A stretch of DNA of 64,000 nt from an uncultured cyanobacterium (GCA_963803805.1 CAWDOD010000002.1:1088001-1152000), one strand, 5' to 3'. Counted from the stretch's first letter, positions 28,826-39,538 are shown. The notes: a model not told the origin generated them from the letters alone. Program-made: numbers and translations.

Positions 28826-30451
28826 TCACTCTAAAGTTTTTTGCTCTGGCTTTCTTTGAGTTTGATAGACATTAACTAGTCGATCAAAGCCCTTAAAGCG
28901 ACGGGTTTTCGAGTCAGTAAAAATGCTTGCATCTTTAAGTCGCTTGTAAGTTGCTTCACTAACTACGCACTCTCCTGGAGGGCAAACAGCTTCCATTCGA
29001 GAAGCCAAGTTTACTGCACCTCCTAAAACTGTATAGTCTACCCTTTGGGAACTACCTACATCTCCCACTACCGCCTTACCACTATTAATTGCTACACGCA
29101 GTTGTAGGGGGTGACTCCAAGTTTTCTTACTGTTGAGATGGTCAAGATGGTTTAGCATTTCCATTGTGGCTTTTACTGCTCTATCAGCATGATCAGCTTG
29201 GGGTTCAGGGGCTCCGAAAAAAGCCATGATACAGTCGCCAATAAATTTATCTAAAGTACCGCCGTATTTAAAGACTGGCTGTAGCATCTCCTCAAAGAAA
29301 CGATTCAGTAATTCGGCAATTTCCCCTGGACTTAAACGTTCAGAGAGGGCGCTAAAGCCTACTAAATCAGCAAAGAGAATCGTTATATCAGCTTCTTTGG
29401 GTGTTATGCGGCCATTTTCTATCGCCCCCAAAGAGAGCAATTGCTGCACAACAGCAGGAGAGTGATAGCGTTCCAGTTGCTGACGAATTTGAGCTTCTCC
29501 TTGCAGTTTCCTGGTCAACAACCAACGCTGTACACTAGAGGCCACTAAATTTGCTAAAGCCGAAAAAAAGCTCAAGTCATCTTCATCTACTTTGTCTGAC
29601 TCTGTTAAACGTAAATGAGCATCAGCATAAAGTACTCCTACTACTTCCTTTTCATCCCACAAAGGAACAGCTAAAGCACCACGTATACCATTGGCCAGAA
29701 TACTATTTTCTCCTTCAAAACGCTTATCAGTTTGAGCATCAACGGTTTTGATCGCTACTTTTTGCCCAAATACTTTTTTACAGATGCTACGGCTGATCCA
29801 ATTACTATCCTTTTTAAAATCCCGGTCTAGGGTCGGCGCTCTTGTGGCAGCGTCTATAATAGATAAATCTCCTGTGCCACGTACATCTACTAAAAGTGCT
29901 AAACGTCCAATATCTTTAAGTTCTCGGAAGACAACCTTTTGTACTTGCTGGAAAATCGCATCAATAGACTCTGCTGAGTTTAACCCTTTGGCAATTTCAA
30001 CTAAATCTTTGAGTCTGGCGATCGCTTGTTTTTGATTATCCTGAATGCTCTTATCTCGATCAGCCTTAATCCACTTTTGTTGCAGCTCTTCTGCGTTACG
30101 TAAAATTGTCCTTCTTTGGCTTCCTGGAGATAAAGGTAAGGTTTCTTTTGCAGCTTGTTGTGGTAAGTAAACAATGAGAACAACATTGCCAATTTGGATC
30201 ACATCTCCATGAGTGATCTTTTGGGGAGAGCCAGAATTGAGGCGAAAACGATTTAAAATAGTTCCATTGACACTATTCATGTCCTCAACAGTCCATTCTC
30301 CAACCTCTGTTTTTTTAATACAGGTATGGGAACGAGATACTTCAGGAAAAGGCAAACAAAGATCACACTCTGGCAAGCGGCCAATGATAAACTCATCTTT
30401 TGCCACATCCACTGTTTGATTTGTTTTTCCCTGAATGTGTAGACTTAGCAT
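28826..30451 (-). CDS. FHA-GAF class III adenylate cyclase
   Basis: FHA (IGRLPEC, VSRSH, SVNGT), GAF, cyclase motifs ILFADLVGF, DKFIGD, VNLASRME. Confidence 0.93.
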   Translation of the reverse strand: MLSLHIQGKTNQTVDVAKDEFIIGRLPECDLCLPFPEVSRSHTCIKKTEVGEWTVEDMNSVNGTILNRFRLNSGSPQKITHGDVIQIGNVVLIVYLPQQAAKETLPLSPGSQRRTILRNAEELQQKWIKADRDKSIQDNQKQAIARLKDLVEIAKGLNSAESIDAIFQQVQKVVFRELKDIGRLALLVDVRGTGDLSIIDAATRAPTLDRDFKKDSNWISRSICKKVFGQKVAIKTVDAQTDKRFEGENSILANGIRGALAVPLWDEKEVVGVLYADAHLRLTESDKVDEDDLSFFSALANLVASSVQRWLLTRKLQGEAQIRQQLERYHSPAVVQQLLSLGAIENGRITPKEADITILFADLVGFSALSERLSPGEIAELLNRFFEEMLQPVFKYGGTLDKFIGDCIMAFFGAPEPQADHADRAVKATMEMLNHLDHLNSKKTWSHPLQLRVAINSGKAVVGDVGSSQRVDYTVLGGAVNLASRMEAVCPPGECVVSEATYKRLKDASIFTDSKTRRFKGFDRLVNVYQTQRKPEQKTLE

Positions 30452-31015
30452 AGATTCCTGTCTAGATGGACTTCCCTTACCCAGAGTCAGCTAGGGTTTG
30501 TCACCACTAAAAAATTGCATTATTAAGTTGCGGCTTAAATACTTCTACAATATGGGCAAACAATTTTCCCAGAAGCCGTAGTATTAAGCCACTTCTAGAA
30601 GTTACTTACTGAGAGTAATTGATAATAATAAATCCTTTGATAGATTGAGCAAATGCCATACAGGCGTTTGTCTGGTTGAATTAGAGGTTGAATGAGCTAA
30701 AACGATATTTAGGTGGCTAGATAAAGTATTAATCAATCTTACCGAAGTTGGATTTAAGTTCGCTGTAGAATTTGCTAATGGCTCAATATTTGTAGATGCT
30801 GTAGTCTGAAATCTTAAAATAGGTAAGACCAAGCAATGTTTCCCTGAAGTAGTTATTGACTTTTTTGGTTCTATATTAAATTCTAACTGATTTCTTCCGG
30901 GGTTAAATGCCAATTTTTAACTATGGCTACTCTACTTGGTCTTGCTACCAGTTTGAGGTCTAAATCAGTTAATCTTGCTCTTAATATTAATTTCTGTAGC
31001 ATTTTCATTTCATTT

Positions 31016-32782
31016 ATGAATAAAATTCTGTACCGAACAGCACTGAGTAGTGTTTTCGTAGGAAGTGTGTGGCTAGAATTAGCTACTATGGCTCAAGCAG
31101 AAACACCTCTATTTCTTTCCTATCCCCCTAATAATCACACCACTACTGCTTCACAAATATTCTTTATTGGCAGTGGAAATCCGGATATTGATGTCTCTGT
31201 TAATGGTGAAGTGATTGAACTTAGTTCTCAAGGATATTTTGCCCCCAGTTTCCCTTTACAAATAGGAGAAAACTTATTTACTGTTCGTCAAGGAAACCAA
31301 GAAGTTAAGCTAAACATAACCAGGGCTTCTGCGCAGCCTGTTATACCTCCAGGAGTAACCTTTGCTGAAAATTCCCTAACCCCCAAGACCGATCTAGCTA
31401 GATTGCCAGGAGAGTTAATTTGCTTTGGGGCGATCGCCCCAACTAATGCTACTGTTTCTGTACAAATAGGGACTGAAGATATTTCCTTATTTCCCCAAGA
31501 TTCAAGTACAGATTTACCATCTAACTCCGCTGCTTTAACTGCTGAGAATATTGCTGCTGCTAAGACTATTGGCAATCAATATCAAGGCTGTACCTCCTTT
31601 GCTAATCCAGGCAGTTTAGGGCCGCCTCTTTACCAAATGAGTTTAAATGGAGAAACTGTTAGTCAGAAAAGTTCTGGACAAGTAGAAATACTCGTTCCTC
31701 ACCAACTACAAACCGTTGAAGTAATAGTACCAGCAGGAGTTACCCAAACCGGCCCTAGTACCAATTATTCTCGCCTCACGCCTTTACCCCAAGGAACTAG
31801 AACTACTGTAACGGGCAAAGAAGGAGAATGGTTACGGTTGGATTATAGTGCTTGGATGAAAGCAGAAGAAACTCGTCCTTTACCAGGAATTATTCCCCCT
31901 CAATCTTTAATTCGTAGTATTATCTCTCGGAAAGTATCTGGAGCTACAGAAATAGTTTTTCCCTTACAAACGCCTGTACCAGTAAGTATAGAACAGGGTG
32001 AGAGAACTTTTACTCTCAATTTATACAACCTTACTGCCCAAACTGATATTATTCGTCTTGATGATGATCCTGTAATCAAACGTCTAGATTGGCAACAAGT
32101 AACTCCATCACAAGTACGCTATACCTTTAACCTTAAATCTGAAAAACAATGGGGCTATGACCTGAGATATGAAGGGAATAATCTCATTCTGTCCTTACGT
32201 CATCCCCCCTCCATACCTAAAAATTCTCTACAAGGTATTAGCATTTTAATTGATCCTGGTCACGGAGGAGAAGAACTAGGAGCAAGGGGACCTAATGGCT
32301 TGCCGGAAAAGGAGATTAATTTAATTGTTTCTAAGCTATTACAACAAGAATTGGTGGCGCGGGGAGCAACAGTTTATATGACTAGAGAAACTGATATTGC
32401 TGTTTCTTTAGGGGATAGAGTAGAAGCAATCAATAAACTACAACCCACTTTAGCTTTATCCGTTCACTATAACGCTTTACCTGATAGTGGTGATGCTCTC
32501 AATACCGCAGGAATTGGTATGTTTTGGTATCATCCCCAAGCCCATGCTTTAGCTGTGCATCTGCAAAATTACTTAGTTGAGGAATTAAGCCGTCCTTCCT
32601 ATGGGGTGTTTTGGAATAACCTAGCTTTAACTCGTCCCCATAGCGCCCCAAGTTTGCTAATGGAATTAGGTTTTATGATTAATCCTGAAGAGTTTGAGTG
32701 GGTAACGAATCATCAGGAACAGCAAAAACTAGCTCAGACAATAGCAGCAGGAATATCTATTTGGTTGCAAGAACAACGTTAG
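31016..32782 (+). CDS. N-acetylmuramoyl-L-alanine amidase (Amidase_3)
   Basis: IDPGHGG, SVHYNA, LMELGF. ATG at 31016 gives a signal-peptide-like start; the ORF track extends to 30923. Confidence 0.92.
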   Translation: MNKILYRTALSSVFVGSVWLELATMAQAETPLFLSYPPNNHTTTASQIFFIGSGNPDIDVSVNGEVIELSSQGYFAPSFPLQIGENLFTVRQGNQEVKLNITRASAQPVIPPGVTFAENSLTPKTDLARLPGELICFGAIAPTNATVSVQIGTEDISLFPQDSSTDLPSNSAALTAENIAAAKTIGNQYQGCTSFANPGSLGPPLYQMSLNGETVSQKSSGQVEILVPHQLQTVEVIVPAGVTQTGPSTNYSRLTPLPQGTRTTVTGKEGEWLRLDYSAWMKAEETRPLPGIIPPQSLIRSIISRKVSGATEIVFPLQTPVPVSIEQGERTFTLNLYNLTAQTDIIRLDDDPVIKRLDWQQVTPSQVRYTFNLKSEKQWGYDLRYEGNNLILSLRHPPSIPKNSLQGISILIDPGHGGEELGARGPNGLPEKEINLIVSKLLQQELVARGATVYMTRETDIAVSLGDRVEAINKLQPTLALSVHYNALPDSGDALNTAGIGMFWYHPQAHALAVHLQNYLVEELSRPSYGVFWNNLALTRPHSAPSLLMELGFMINPEEFEWVTNHQEQQKLAQTIAAGISIWLQEQR

Positions 32783-32838
32783 TTAATTAATAATTGGTTA
32801 ATCTAATTTGACTTTTCAGCAATGACTAATTGTCATGA

Positions 32839-32946
32839 TTATTTTTCGTTTTCGGCTGATTTCACTACAACCCATTTCCCTGTTTTAGGGTCGCGGCGAG
32901 TTGTAAAAGGGTTTTTTTGCAAAGGCTTTTGACAAAGTTTAGGCAT
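32839..32946 (-). CDS. Unannotated 35-aa small protein
   Basis: Strong RBS AGGGAGG, then ATG: MPKLCQKPLQKNPFTTRRDPKTGKWVVVKSAENEK*. Confidence 0.6.
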   Translation of the reverse strand: MPKLCQKPLQKNPFTTRRDPKTGKWVVVKSAENEK

Positions 32947-33092
32947 TTTTATTTCCTCCCTAGCTGCCATAGCAAGAACCTCTATATACCAATGAAACTT
33001 GCTTGTATAACAATATTGATATTGTAAAGAAGAGATGAAGAAATCTTGGTGATTAAAGACTTGATAAAAATGTGATTCTTTTAAGGCTTAAA

Positions 33093-33108
33093 AGTGACAT
33101 TTGTCACA
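33093..33108. promoter_or_regulatory. CRP-type binding site
   Basis: AGTGA-CATTTG-TCACA, 9/10 match to TGTGA-N6-TCACA. Confidence 0.55.
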
Positions 33109-33276
33109 GTGATAATACTTAAAATAAAATTCTTTTTATAAATAAAAATTTTCCCTTCAATATTTAATCTTAGTAGTAATTCACATTATTAAAACAAAAC
33201 AATATTGATTTTGAGCATCTAATTAGTTTAAGCCCCCTAATCAGAGAGCTTAAACTAACTGCAATTGTTAGACAAA

Positions 33277-35697
33277 TTACCGATAATTATGTTGTTCGAG
33301 AATTTGTTTAGCCCGTGGCTTATAAATCAAATAAAACAGTGATTCGAGATAGCGGAATAAATCTTCACGATTTTCGTGGGAAGTAAAGTTCCAGAAACCG
33401 TAAATCCGCGCCAAAGACAAGAGTTTGGTGGTGTGAATTTTCCAGGTATAAGTACTATATACTCGCTCCATCCCTTTTTGAGAAATTTCCTGCCAGTAAT
33501 TAGGTTCTTTTTCACACCTGATGACAAATTCTAGAATTTTTTCAGCAGTTTCTTCTAAGTTAGTAGGGTTAATGTAGAAACCGTTGACCCGATCTTGGAT
33601 GATTTCTAAAGGTCCGCCAAATTGAGTTCCAAAGGTAGGCAAACCGGAAATCATCGCTTCTAGAATAGTTAAACCAAAAGCTTCAAACAAAGCTGGCTGT
33701 ACAAATATGCCTTGATGGTCAGCAATAATACGATAAACTTCCCCTGAATCATTTTTAGGTAGTCTGACACCTAACCAACGTATTTTCCCGTGGAGGTTGT
33801 ATTCTTCGATGATTCGATAAAGCTTTTCAATTTCTTCAATCTCTTCTTTATCGTCAGAATCTTCTACTCGTAACTTTCCTGAAATAATGATTAAGTTACA
33901 ATGCTTTTGTAACTCTGGAGAACGACCGAAACATTCTGCTAAACCAGTTATGTTTTTGATTCTGTCTAACCGCGCTACGGAAAATAGGGGACGTTTACTA
34001 GGTTCATCTAACTTCCCAAAAACTTGGCTAGGATCTTCAAGATTAAACAAAAGTTCCTCTAATTGTTCTACTCGATTAGGAGTCCTATCGTTATTACGGG
34101 TGTAAGGGAAATAAACGCTTTCATTTACTCCTGGGGGAACAACGTTGAACTTAGGAGAGAATAATTCAATACCACTAACTACGTGATATAAATCTGGCAT
34201 GGTAAAGCTTTCATAAGACTCATATTGTCCTATACTATCTGGTTTACCGACAATTTCTTGATAGGTACTGCTAATAATACAATTGGCTGCATTCATAGCA
34301 ATTAAATCAGCCGTAAATTGGAGAGAAAAATGATAATTATCTTCCAAATCCTGCCAATATAAATTACTGAACAAATACTTTGATTTTTCCAAAGCATGGG
34401 CAACATTAAACTGAGTTACTCCCAGTCGTCTTGCTAGCAAGAAAGCAACCAAGTTACCATCAGAATAATTACCAACAATAAAGTCGGGTTTGCCTTGAAA
34501 CTCGGCATAAAGTTCCTTTTCAGCATCAATAGCGTAGGTTTCTAAATAAGGCCAAATTTCAAAGCGAGAAATCCAATTTTGAGTCATGTTAGGATTGAAT
34601 TCTCGGAATGGTACACGCAAAATCCAAGCATTTTCCGCGCCGTATACTTTCTCCAGGCGTTCGTTACAACGAGTACCATCGCTATTAGGAATTAAACGAG
34701 AAAGGATAATTACTTTCGGTTTGACGTTTAAACCATCTAAGCCAGCTAGACGAATATCTTCTTTAAGCTGTTTTTCTAAGTTAACGGCTTGGTCAAGAAC
34801 ATAAACAACCTGTCCCCCTGTATCCGGCCTTCCCAAAACCTTTTCTTGTCCAAACCAGCCGTGAATAGAAACAAGGACGATACGGAAAATCATGGGGATG
34901 CGAGAAAGGAATGCTTCTAAGACTTTATCTTCAGGAGAGTCTAAGAGTTCGTCTAGCATTTCTAGAGTTTCTTGTACCCGGCTGGCTGTATTTCCCCAAC
35001 CCGGTTCAAAACCCATATCCTGAAGTTCAAAGCGAAATTCTTCATAGGGTCTATCACCTGGTAAATCGCTAAGAAAACTTAAGGCATTTTTAACTTGGTC
35101 AGAAAGATGCTGCTGATTTTTAATCCGTCCGTTAATTAGTAAAGTTGTGCCATTATAACTATGTAAGTTCAGGAAAGAAAAGAGAGCTTCTAGCCATTGT
35201 CGCGGATCTTGGAAGAGTTTACTGGAAAGAAAGCGATTGAGAAAAGTAACTCCTTTACCAATATTTTTAGAATCGCGAATGGTAGGAGAATAATCATAAA
35301 AAGGTTGGAAATCTATTTCAAAAACATCCCCTTCTTCAGGATGAAAATGATTAACAAAACGATCTCTTACGTCTAGCAGTTCCTCAATGCTTAGCCTTTC
35401 AACTGTTAAATCTCCTAAAATTCTATAGCTTTCTTGTTTAGCAATTTTAGGTCGCAATACTATGCACAAACTCTCTTCTTCAAGAAGAATTTCTTGGGTA
35501 TAATAAATCATTTTACCCAGGCGAGAAGAGTTATAGAAACTCTCTGGCTTCTGTGATTTTTGACAAAAATCAGTAAAAGCACCCAATATTTCGTTACGCA
35601 GCAAATAATGCTGTTCTAGTCCTTGTAACTCACTGAAAAATTCTCGTAGATCGCTTTTTTCTTCAGAATCGAGAACCGCATCAATTAAATTGAACAT
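33277..35697 (-). CDS. susA: Sucrose synthase
   Basis: 806 aa; PDTGGQVVY, HALEKSKY, QPALFEAFGLT. Confidence 0.96.
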   Translation of the reverse strand: MFNLIDAVLDSEEKSDLREFFSELQGLEQHYLLRNEILGAFTDFCQKSQKPESFYNSSRLGKMIYYTQEILLEEESLCIVLRPKIAKQESYRILGDLTVERLSIEELLDVRDRFVNHFHPEEGDVFEIDFQPFYDYSPTIRDSKNIGKGVTFLNRFLSSKLFQDPRQWLEALFSFLNLHSYNGTTLLINGRIKNQQHLSDQVKNALSFLSDLPGDRPYEEFRFELQDMGFEPGWGNTASRVQETLEMLDELLDSPEDKVLEAFLSRIPMIFRIVLVSIHGWFGQEKVLGRPDTGGQVVYVLDQAVNLEKQLKEDIRLAGLDGLNVKPKVIILSRLIPNSDGTRCNERLEKVYGAENAWILRVPFREFNPNMTQNWISRFEIWPYLETYAIDAEKELYAEFQGKPDFIVGNYSDGNLVAFLLARRLGVTQFNVAHALEKSKYLFSNLYWQDLEDNYHFSLQFTADLIAMNAANCIISSTYQEIVGKPDSIGQYESYESFTMPDLYHVVSGIELFSPKFNVVPPGVNESVYFPYTRNNDRTPNRVEQLEELLFNLEDPSQVFGKLDEPSKRPLFSVARLDRIKNITGLAECFGRSPELQKHCNLIIISGKLRVEDSDDKEEIEEIEKLYRIIEEYNLHGKIRWLGVRLPKNDSGEVYRIIADHQGIFVQPALFEAFGLTILEAMISGLPTFGTQFGGPLEIIQDRVNGFYINPTNLEETAEKILEFVIRCEKEPNYWQEISQKGMERVYSTYTWKIHTTKLLSLARIYGFWNFTSHENREDLFRYLESLFYLIYKPRAKQILEQHNYR

Positions 35698-35931
35698 GAA
35701 AATTCCTTAACAGCCTAGCAATTATGAACTAACTACATGAAAATCCACGAATCCCACTTATGTTTTAAGTTTTGGAGGATTCGATAAATTGGTGAATTGA
35801 TAATTTACCGTTATTTGTTCTTTAAGTTGAATGAATAACAGCAAATAGCTAACTTGAAACCCGTCTTGCGTAACCAACTTAAGGGTAAATATTGCAGTGT
35901 TTCAAAAAACAGACATAGCTATCTTAGGAAC

Positions 35932-35971
35932 AGACTTTGTACTGATCATCTAGATGATCAGTACAAAGTCT
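35932..35971. repeat. Perfect 40-bp spacerless palindrome
   Basis: AGACTTTGTACTGATCATCT|AGATGATCAGTACAAAGTCT. Confidence 0.95.
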
Positions 35972-36115
35972 TATTCCCTAACAAGAATTGCTAGCCTTAG
36001 TTACGAGTTGAGCAGTTACACATCTCGTTTTCAACTATAAACTATCTATCATCTAAGATGAAATAATTAATCTTGAAATGTAGATAATTTTTTATTAGGC
36101 TGTCATCTATATAAA

Positions 36116-37639
36116 TTAAAGATTGTAAAGTTTGCCATATTTAGTTTTGATGTAATTCATAAGTGGTTCAATGCGTAACTTCGTACCTGTGACTAACTTA
36201 ATCAACTCTTCTGGAGTGTACTTCTTGCCATGTTGGTGAATATTCTCTTTAAGCCAACTGTGTAATGTGCTAAAGTTACCTCTGGCGATTTGAGTAGGTA
36301 TTTCTGGATGAGCCGATATAGCCGCATCGAAAAATTGACAGCCAATTAAATTACCCAAAGTGTAGCCTTGGAACATACCGCCAATTTTTCCTGTATACCA
36401 GTGAACATCTTGTAAAACTCCTTCGCGATCGCTCTTAGGTGTAATACCAAGGTTCTTAAAGTAAAGTTCATTCCAAGCTTCAGGGAGGTCTTTAATAGCT
36501 AAGCTACCTTCGAGCATTTGGATTTCAAGATCAAAGCGGATCATAACGTGAAGATTATAGGTTACTTCATCAGCGTCAGTACGAATCAATGATCTCCTAA
36601 CTTTATTAATCCCTCGGTAAAAAGTATCCAAAGGCACTTGATTTAGTTGTTCGGGGAAAAATGCTTGTAATTTAGGATAGAAAAATGTCCAAAACTCTCT
36701 ACTACGACCGACAATATTTTCCCAAAGGCGAGACTGGCTTTCATGAACCCCAGAAGAAGTACCACTAGCTAGAGGAGTTCCTTCATAACAGGGATCTATG
36801 CCTTGTTCGTACAAACCATGACCCATTTCATGAATAGTGCTGAAAAGAGCTTGATCAAGATTATTTTCGTAGACGCGAGTAGTAATCCGTACATCCCCAA
36901 TTGAAAAAGGAATCATAAAAGGATGATGAGTTGTATCCTGTCGTCCTCTTCGGAAATCATAACCTAGCTGTTTGATAATTCTTATGGTAAAGTCTAACTG
37001 TTGTGCTTCAGGATAATATTGGTGCAAACAACTATCATCAGCAGGCTCTTGGGCGCAAATTGTCTCGACAATGGGAACTAGCTCTTGGCGTAGTTGATTA
37101 AATAGTTGTCGCACAGTAGAAGTTTTCATGCCATAGTCAAGCTGCTCAATTAGAGGATCAGCAATATGTTCATAGCTAGGGAAGAAATTCGCATATTCTC
37201 GACTCAGTTCTAAAGTTTTTTCTAGGTAGGGCTGAATACTTTTGAAGTCATTAGCTGGTCTTGCTTTAGTCCAAACTTCATAGGTTTGAGTTTGATGTTC
37301 CGATAGCTGAGCCATAAACTTCCCTGGAACCTGTACCGCCCTTTCATACTTGCGACGAGTGACGCGGATTAAACTGGCATCATCTGATTCGTAAGGAAGG
37401 TTGTTTTCGTAAGAGCGTAAATTCTCTAGTAGCTGGCCAAATTCTTCAGAAGTAAACTTTTCGTGAGCGATTTGATCTAACGTTGCTAGTTGTTCTCCTC
37501 TTGCTCTAGCACCCCCAGGGGGCATATAAGTTGCTTGATCCCAGTAGAGTAAAGCCGCAGCACATTCAAGATGATTTATTTCCTTGAGACGGGTTTTTAA
37601 TTCTTGAAATTTTGGATGAGTTTTTTCGAGAGTTTGCAT
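36116..37639 (-). CDS. Carboxypeptidase M32 (Taq family)
   Basis: HPF, HEMGH, HESQ, IRTDADE, LQDVHW. Confidence 0.96.
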   Translation of the reverse strand: MQTLEKTHPKFQELKTRLKEINHLECAAALLYWDQATYMPPGGARARGEQLATLDQIAHEKFTSEEFGQLLENLRSYENNLPYESDDASLIRVTRRKYERAVQVPGKFMAQLSEHQTQTYEVWTKARPANDFKSIQPYLEKTLELSREYANFFPSYEHIADPLIEQLDYGMKTSTVRQLFNQLRQELVPIVETICAQEPADDSCLHQYYPEAQQLDFTIRIIKQLGYDFRRGRQDTTHHPFMIPFSIGDVRITTRVYENNLDQALFSTIHEMGHGLYEQGIDPCYEGTPLASGTSSGVHESQSRLWENIVGRSREFWTFFYPKLQAFFPEQLNQVPLDTFYRGINKVRRSLIRTDADEVTYNLHVMIRFDLEIQMLEGSLAIKDLPEAWNELYFKNLGITPKSDREGVLQDVHWYTGKIGGMFQGYTLGNLIGCQFFDAAISAHPEIPTQIARGNFSTLHSWLKENIHQHGKKYTPEELIKLVTGTKLRIEPLMNYIKTKYGKLYNL

Positions 37640-38027
37640 ATCTAGTTAATTATTTTGCTCCTGGTGTAGTTTCTGTTAAATAGCCACTGGCTCTGAGATA
37701 AGAGCTATAGGTCGAGAAACTTGAATTTAATAATCTTAATGCTACCGATCACCCTGAAAAATGCTCCTTGGTAAGAATAAAGAACTAAACAGATGTACTG
37801 ATTGGAGAGATTCTTACCTAGAAAGACCTGAAGACCAGAGGGAGAGTAGTAATATTTAATTAAAAGGCACATAGTTCAGCCTGTAGCTTTTTCTACGACT
37901 AAACTTCTACCTTTCATCAAACACCTCTTCACGGTTTTAGTAATTAAATAATGAAATGGGATTGTTTTCTCTAAGTTAGAAAAATATTATTGAAAACAAA
38001 GCCAAGTCAGATAATAGGTATGTGGCT

Positions 38028-38212
38028 ACCACGCTTTTGAACCAATAACTATTGAGATGAGGCTAATAATTCGAGGGTTTAGCCATTGATAAGCCCGTCT
38101 CACTAGTTTGTAGATGCTGATTCTCAACTTCTTAGTTTGATGTTAGAAGATAATTGCATTTCAGCTAAACTTACCTTGACAACATTCAACCTGTGATTGT
38201 AGAGCGTAGTTT
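38028..38212 (-). ncRNA. Candidate structured non-coding RNA or 5' leader
   Basis: Closing helix ACTACGCT/AGCGTGGT encloses two further hairpins and begins just after an extended -10 (TGnTATAAG, 38216-38224 on the minus strand). Confidence 0.3.
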
Positions 38213-38344
38213 TCACTTATAACATTTCTATCGATATGAATCCATAGTTATAGGAAGATTTGCTACTAGTGGATGAGGGAGCTAAGGGGGAGGAAGATAG
38301 ATAAAGTCAGCAGATTGAAGGCTAAACAATCTTATCGAGAGAGT

Positions 38345-39538
38345 TTAAGCAATACTACCTCTTTTACGAGCTTCCTTAGAAGAAATTCCGACATTACGCA
38401 AGCCAGCACGAATCATCTGTTGTTCTAGTAAAGCAAAAAAACGAGCGCGATCGCCTCCTCTAACTACGGCTTGATTATGAGATTCTGCTAGGGCCACAGG
38501 ATAACCATAACCTTTACTAACTTGGGCTAACGTCAAACTTAAGGATTGGTCAAATAGCTGTGTATCTTCTGCTACCCAAGTCGGAACTTCAATACGGGCA
38601 ATTTCTGTCCCGACATTGACGTAACAAAAACAAATCTTTTGGCTAGGTTCATATAACTCCAAAATCCTAGAGGAACTACGCCATAAAGGGCCCCTTTGTC
38701 CTAGTTCTAAATTAACTGACAGAGTTGTATCCCTTAAAGGTTCAACGATTTGACAAGGTAAAGATTCTGGCTTACCACCGCAATTTGTGATGCAATCAGG
38801 AGTTTCATGAGGACAGGCTTGCAGTCGTAGGAAATTTGTTGCTTCGCCGCTACGAGAAGCACTGAGATAACCCAAAAGAGGAACTTTGGCTTGATATAGC
38901 TGCTCCCAGGCTGCCAAAAGAGGAGTTAAAAGAAGTTCTTGGGCTTCTGTGGGCAAACTTTCTAAAAACCAATATATTAAGGAACCATCCACCATAGCAA
39001 GATTAGGAATATGCTGGTGAGAACCTGGAGGATTAACCCAACGACAGGCCATTTCTGCCAAAACTTGCGCTTCAGATACAGTGCGGCGATGTCCCATCCA
39101 CTCGTCGGTACGAATCCCCCACTGACGGGAAATATAGAGGTCTTCTCGTTTGTAAAATATTTCTGGCAGATTATCTAGTAGAGGATGTAAACTCTGACCA
39201 TAATGCAACATCACCCTACCGATATTAATTAAGTAACAATAGGCAATTTCGTGGTGAGAAGGGGAAATTTGTGAACCATCTGTAGCGAAGACACTATGGC
39301 TTGTAGGGGCTGGTTTAATATCAATACGAGTGTCAAGGGGTTCTAAGGGAACAGCCGCTGTAAAAATGAGGCGATCACCCCAAGCTTTTTGTCTTTTTAC
39401 TAGTTCTTGTTGTTCACTGCAAGCTTGTTGTAATAAGACTTGGGCCCGTTCCCAACGTTGGCGACTAGCAGTTGCTTCTCCCCGCAGATGTTGACTAATG
39501 CCGGGGAGTTGTCCTGCAAGTTTAGCGAGATCGAGCAT
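38345..39538 (-). CDS. NurA nuclease domain-containing protein
   Basis: ATDGSQ, MVDGSL, GYPVALAESHNQA. Confidence 0.9.
   Translation of the reverse strand: MLDLAKLAGQLPGISQHLRGEATASRQRWERAQVLLQQACSEQQELVKRQKAWGDRLIFTAAVPLEPLDTRIDIKPAPTSHSVFATDGSQISPSHHEIAYCYLINIGRVMLHYGQSLHPLLDNLPEIFYKREDLYISRQWGIRTDEWMGHRRTVSEAQVLAEMACRWVNPPGSHQHIPNLAMVDGSLIYWFLESLPTEAQELLLTPLLAAWEQLYQAKVPLLGYLSASRSGEATNFLRLQACPHETPDCITNCGGKPESLPCQIVEPLRDTTLSVNLELGQRGPLWRSSSRILELYEPSQKICFCYVNVGTEIARIEVPTWVAEDTQLFDQSLSLTLAQVSKGYGYPVALAESHNQAVVRGGDRARFFALLEQQMIRAGLRNVGISSKEARKRGSIA

Noticed and set aside
30602-30913. 103-aa minus-strand ORF
   Set aside because: TTG start without RBS, no motif, lies in a divergent promoter region; probably spurious.
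38345-39538. NurA nuclease as part of a defence system
   Set aside because: No adjacent HerA or other defence genes; flanked by housekeeping ilvN.
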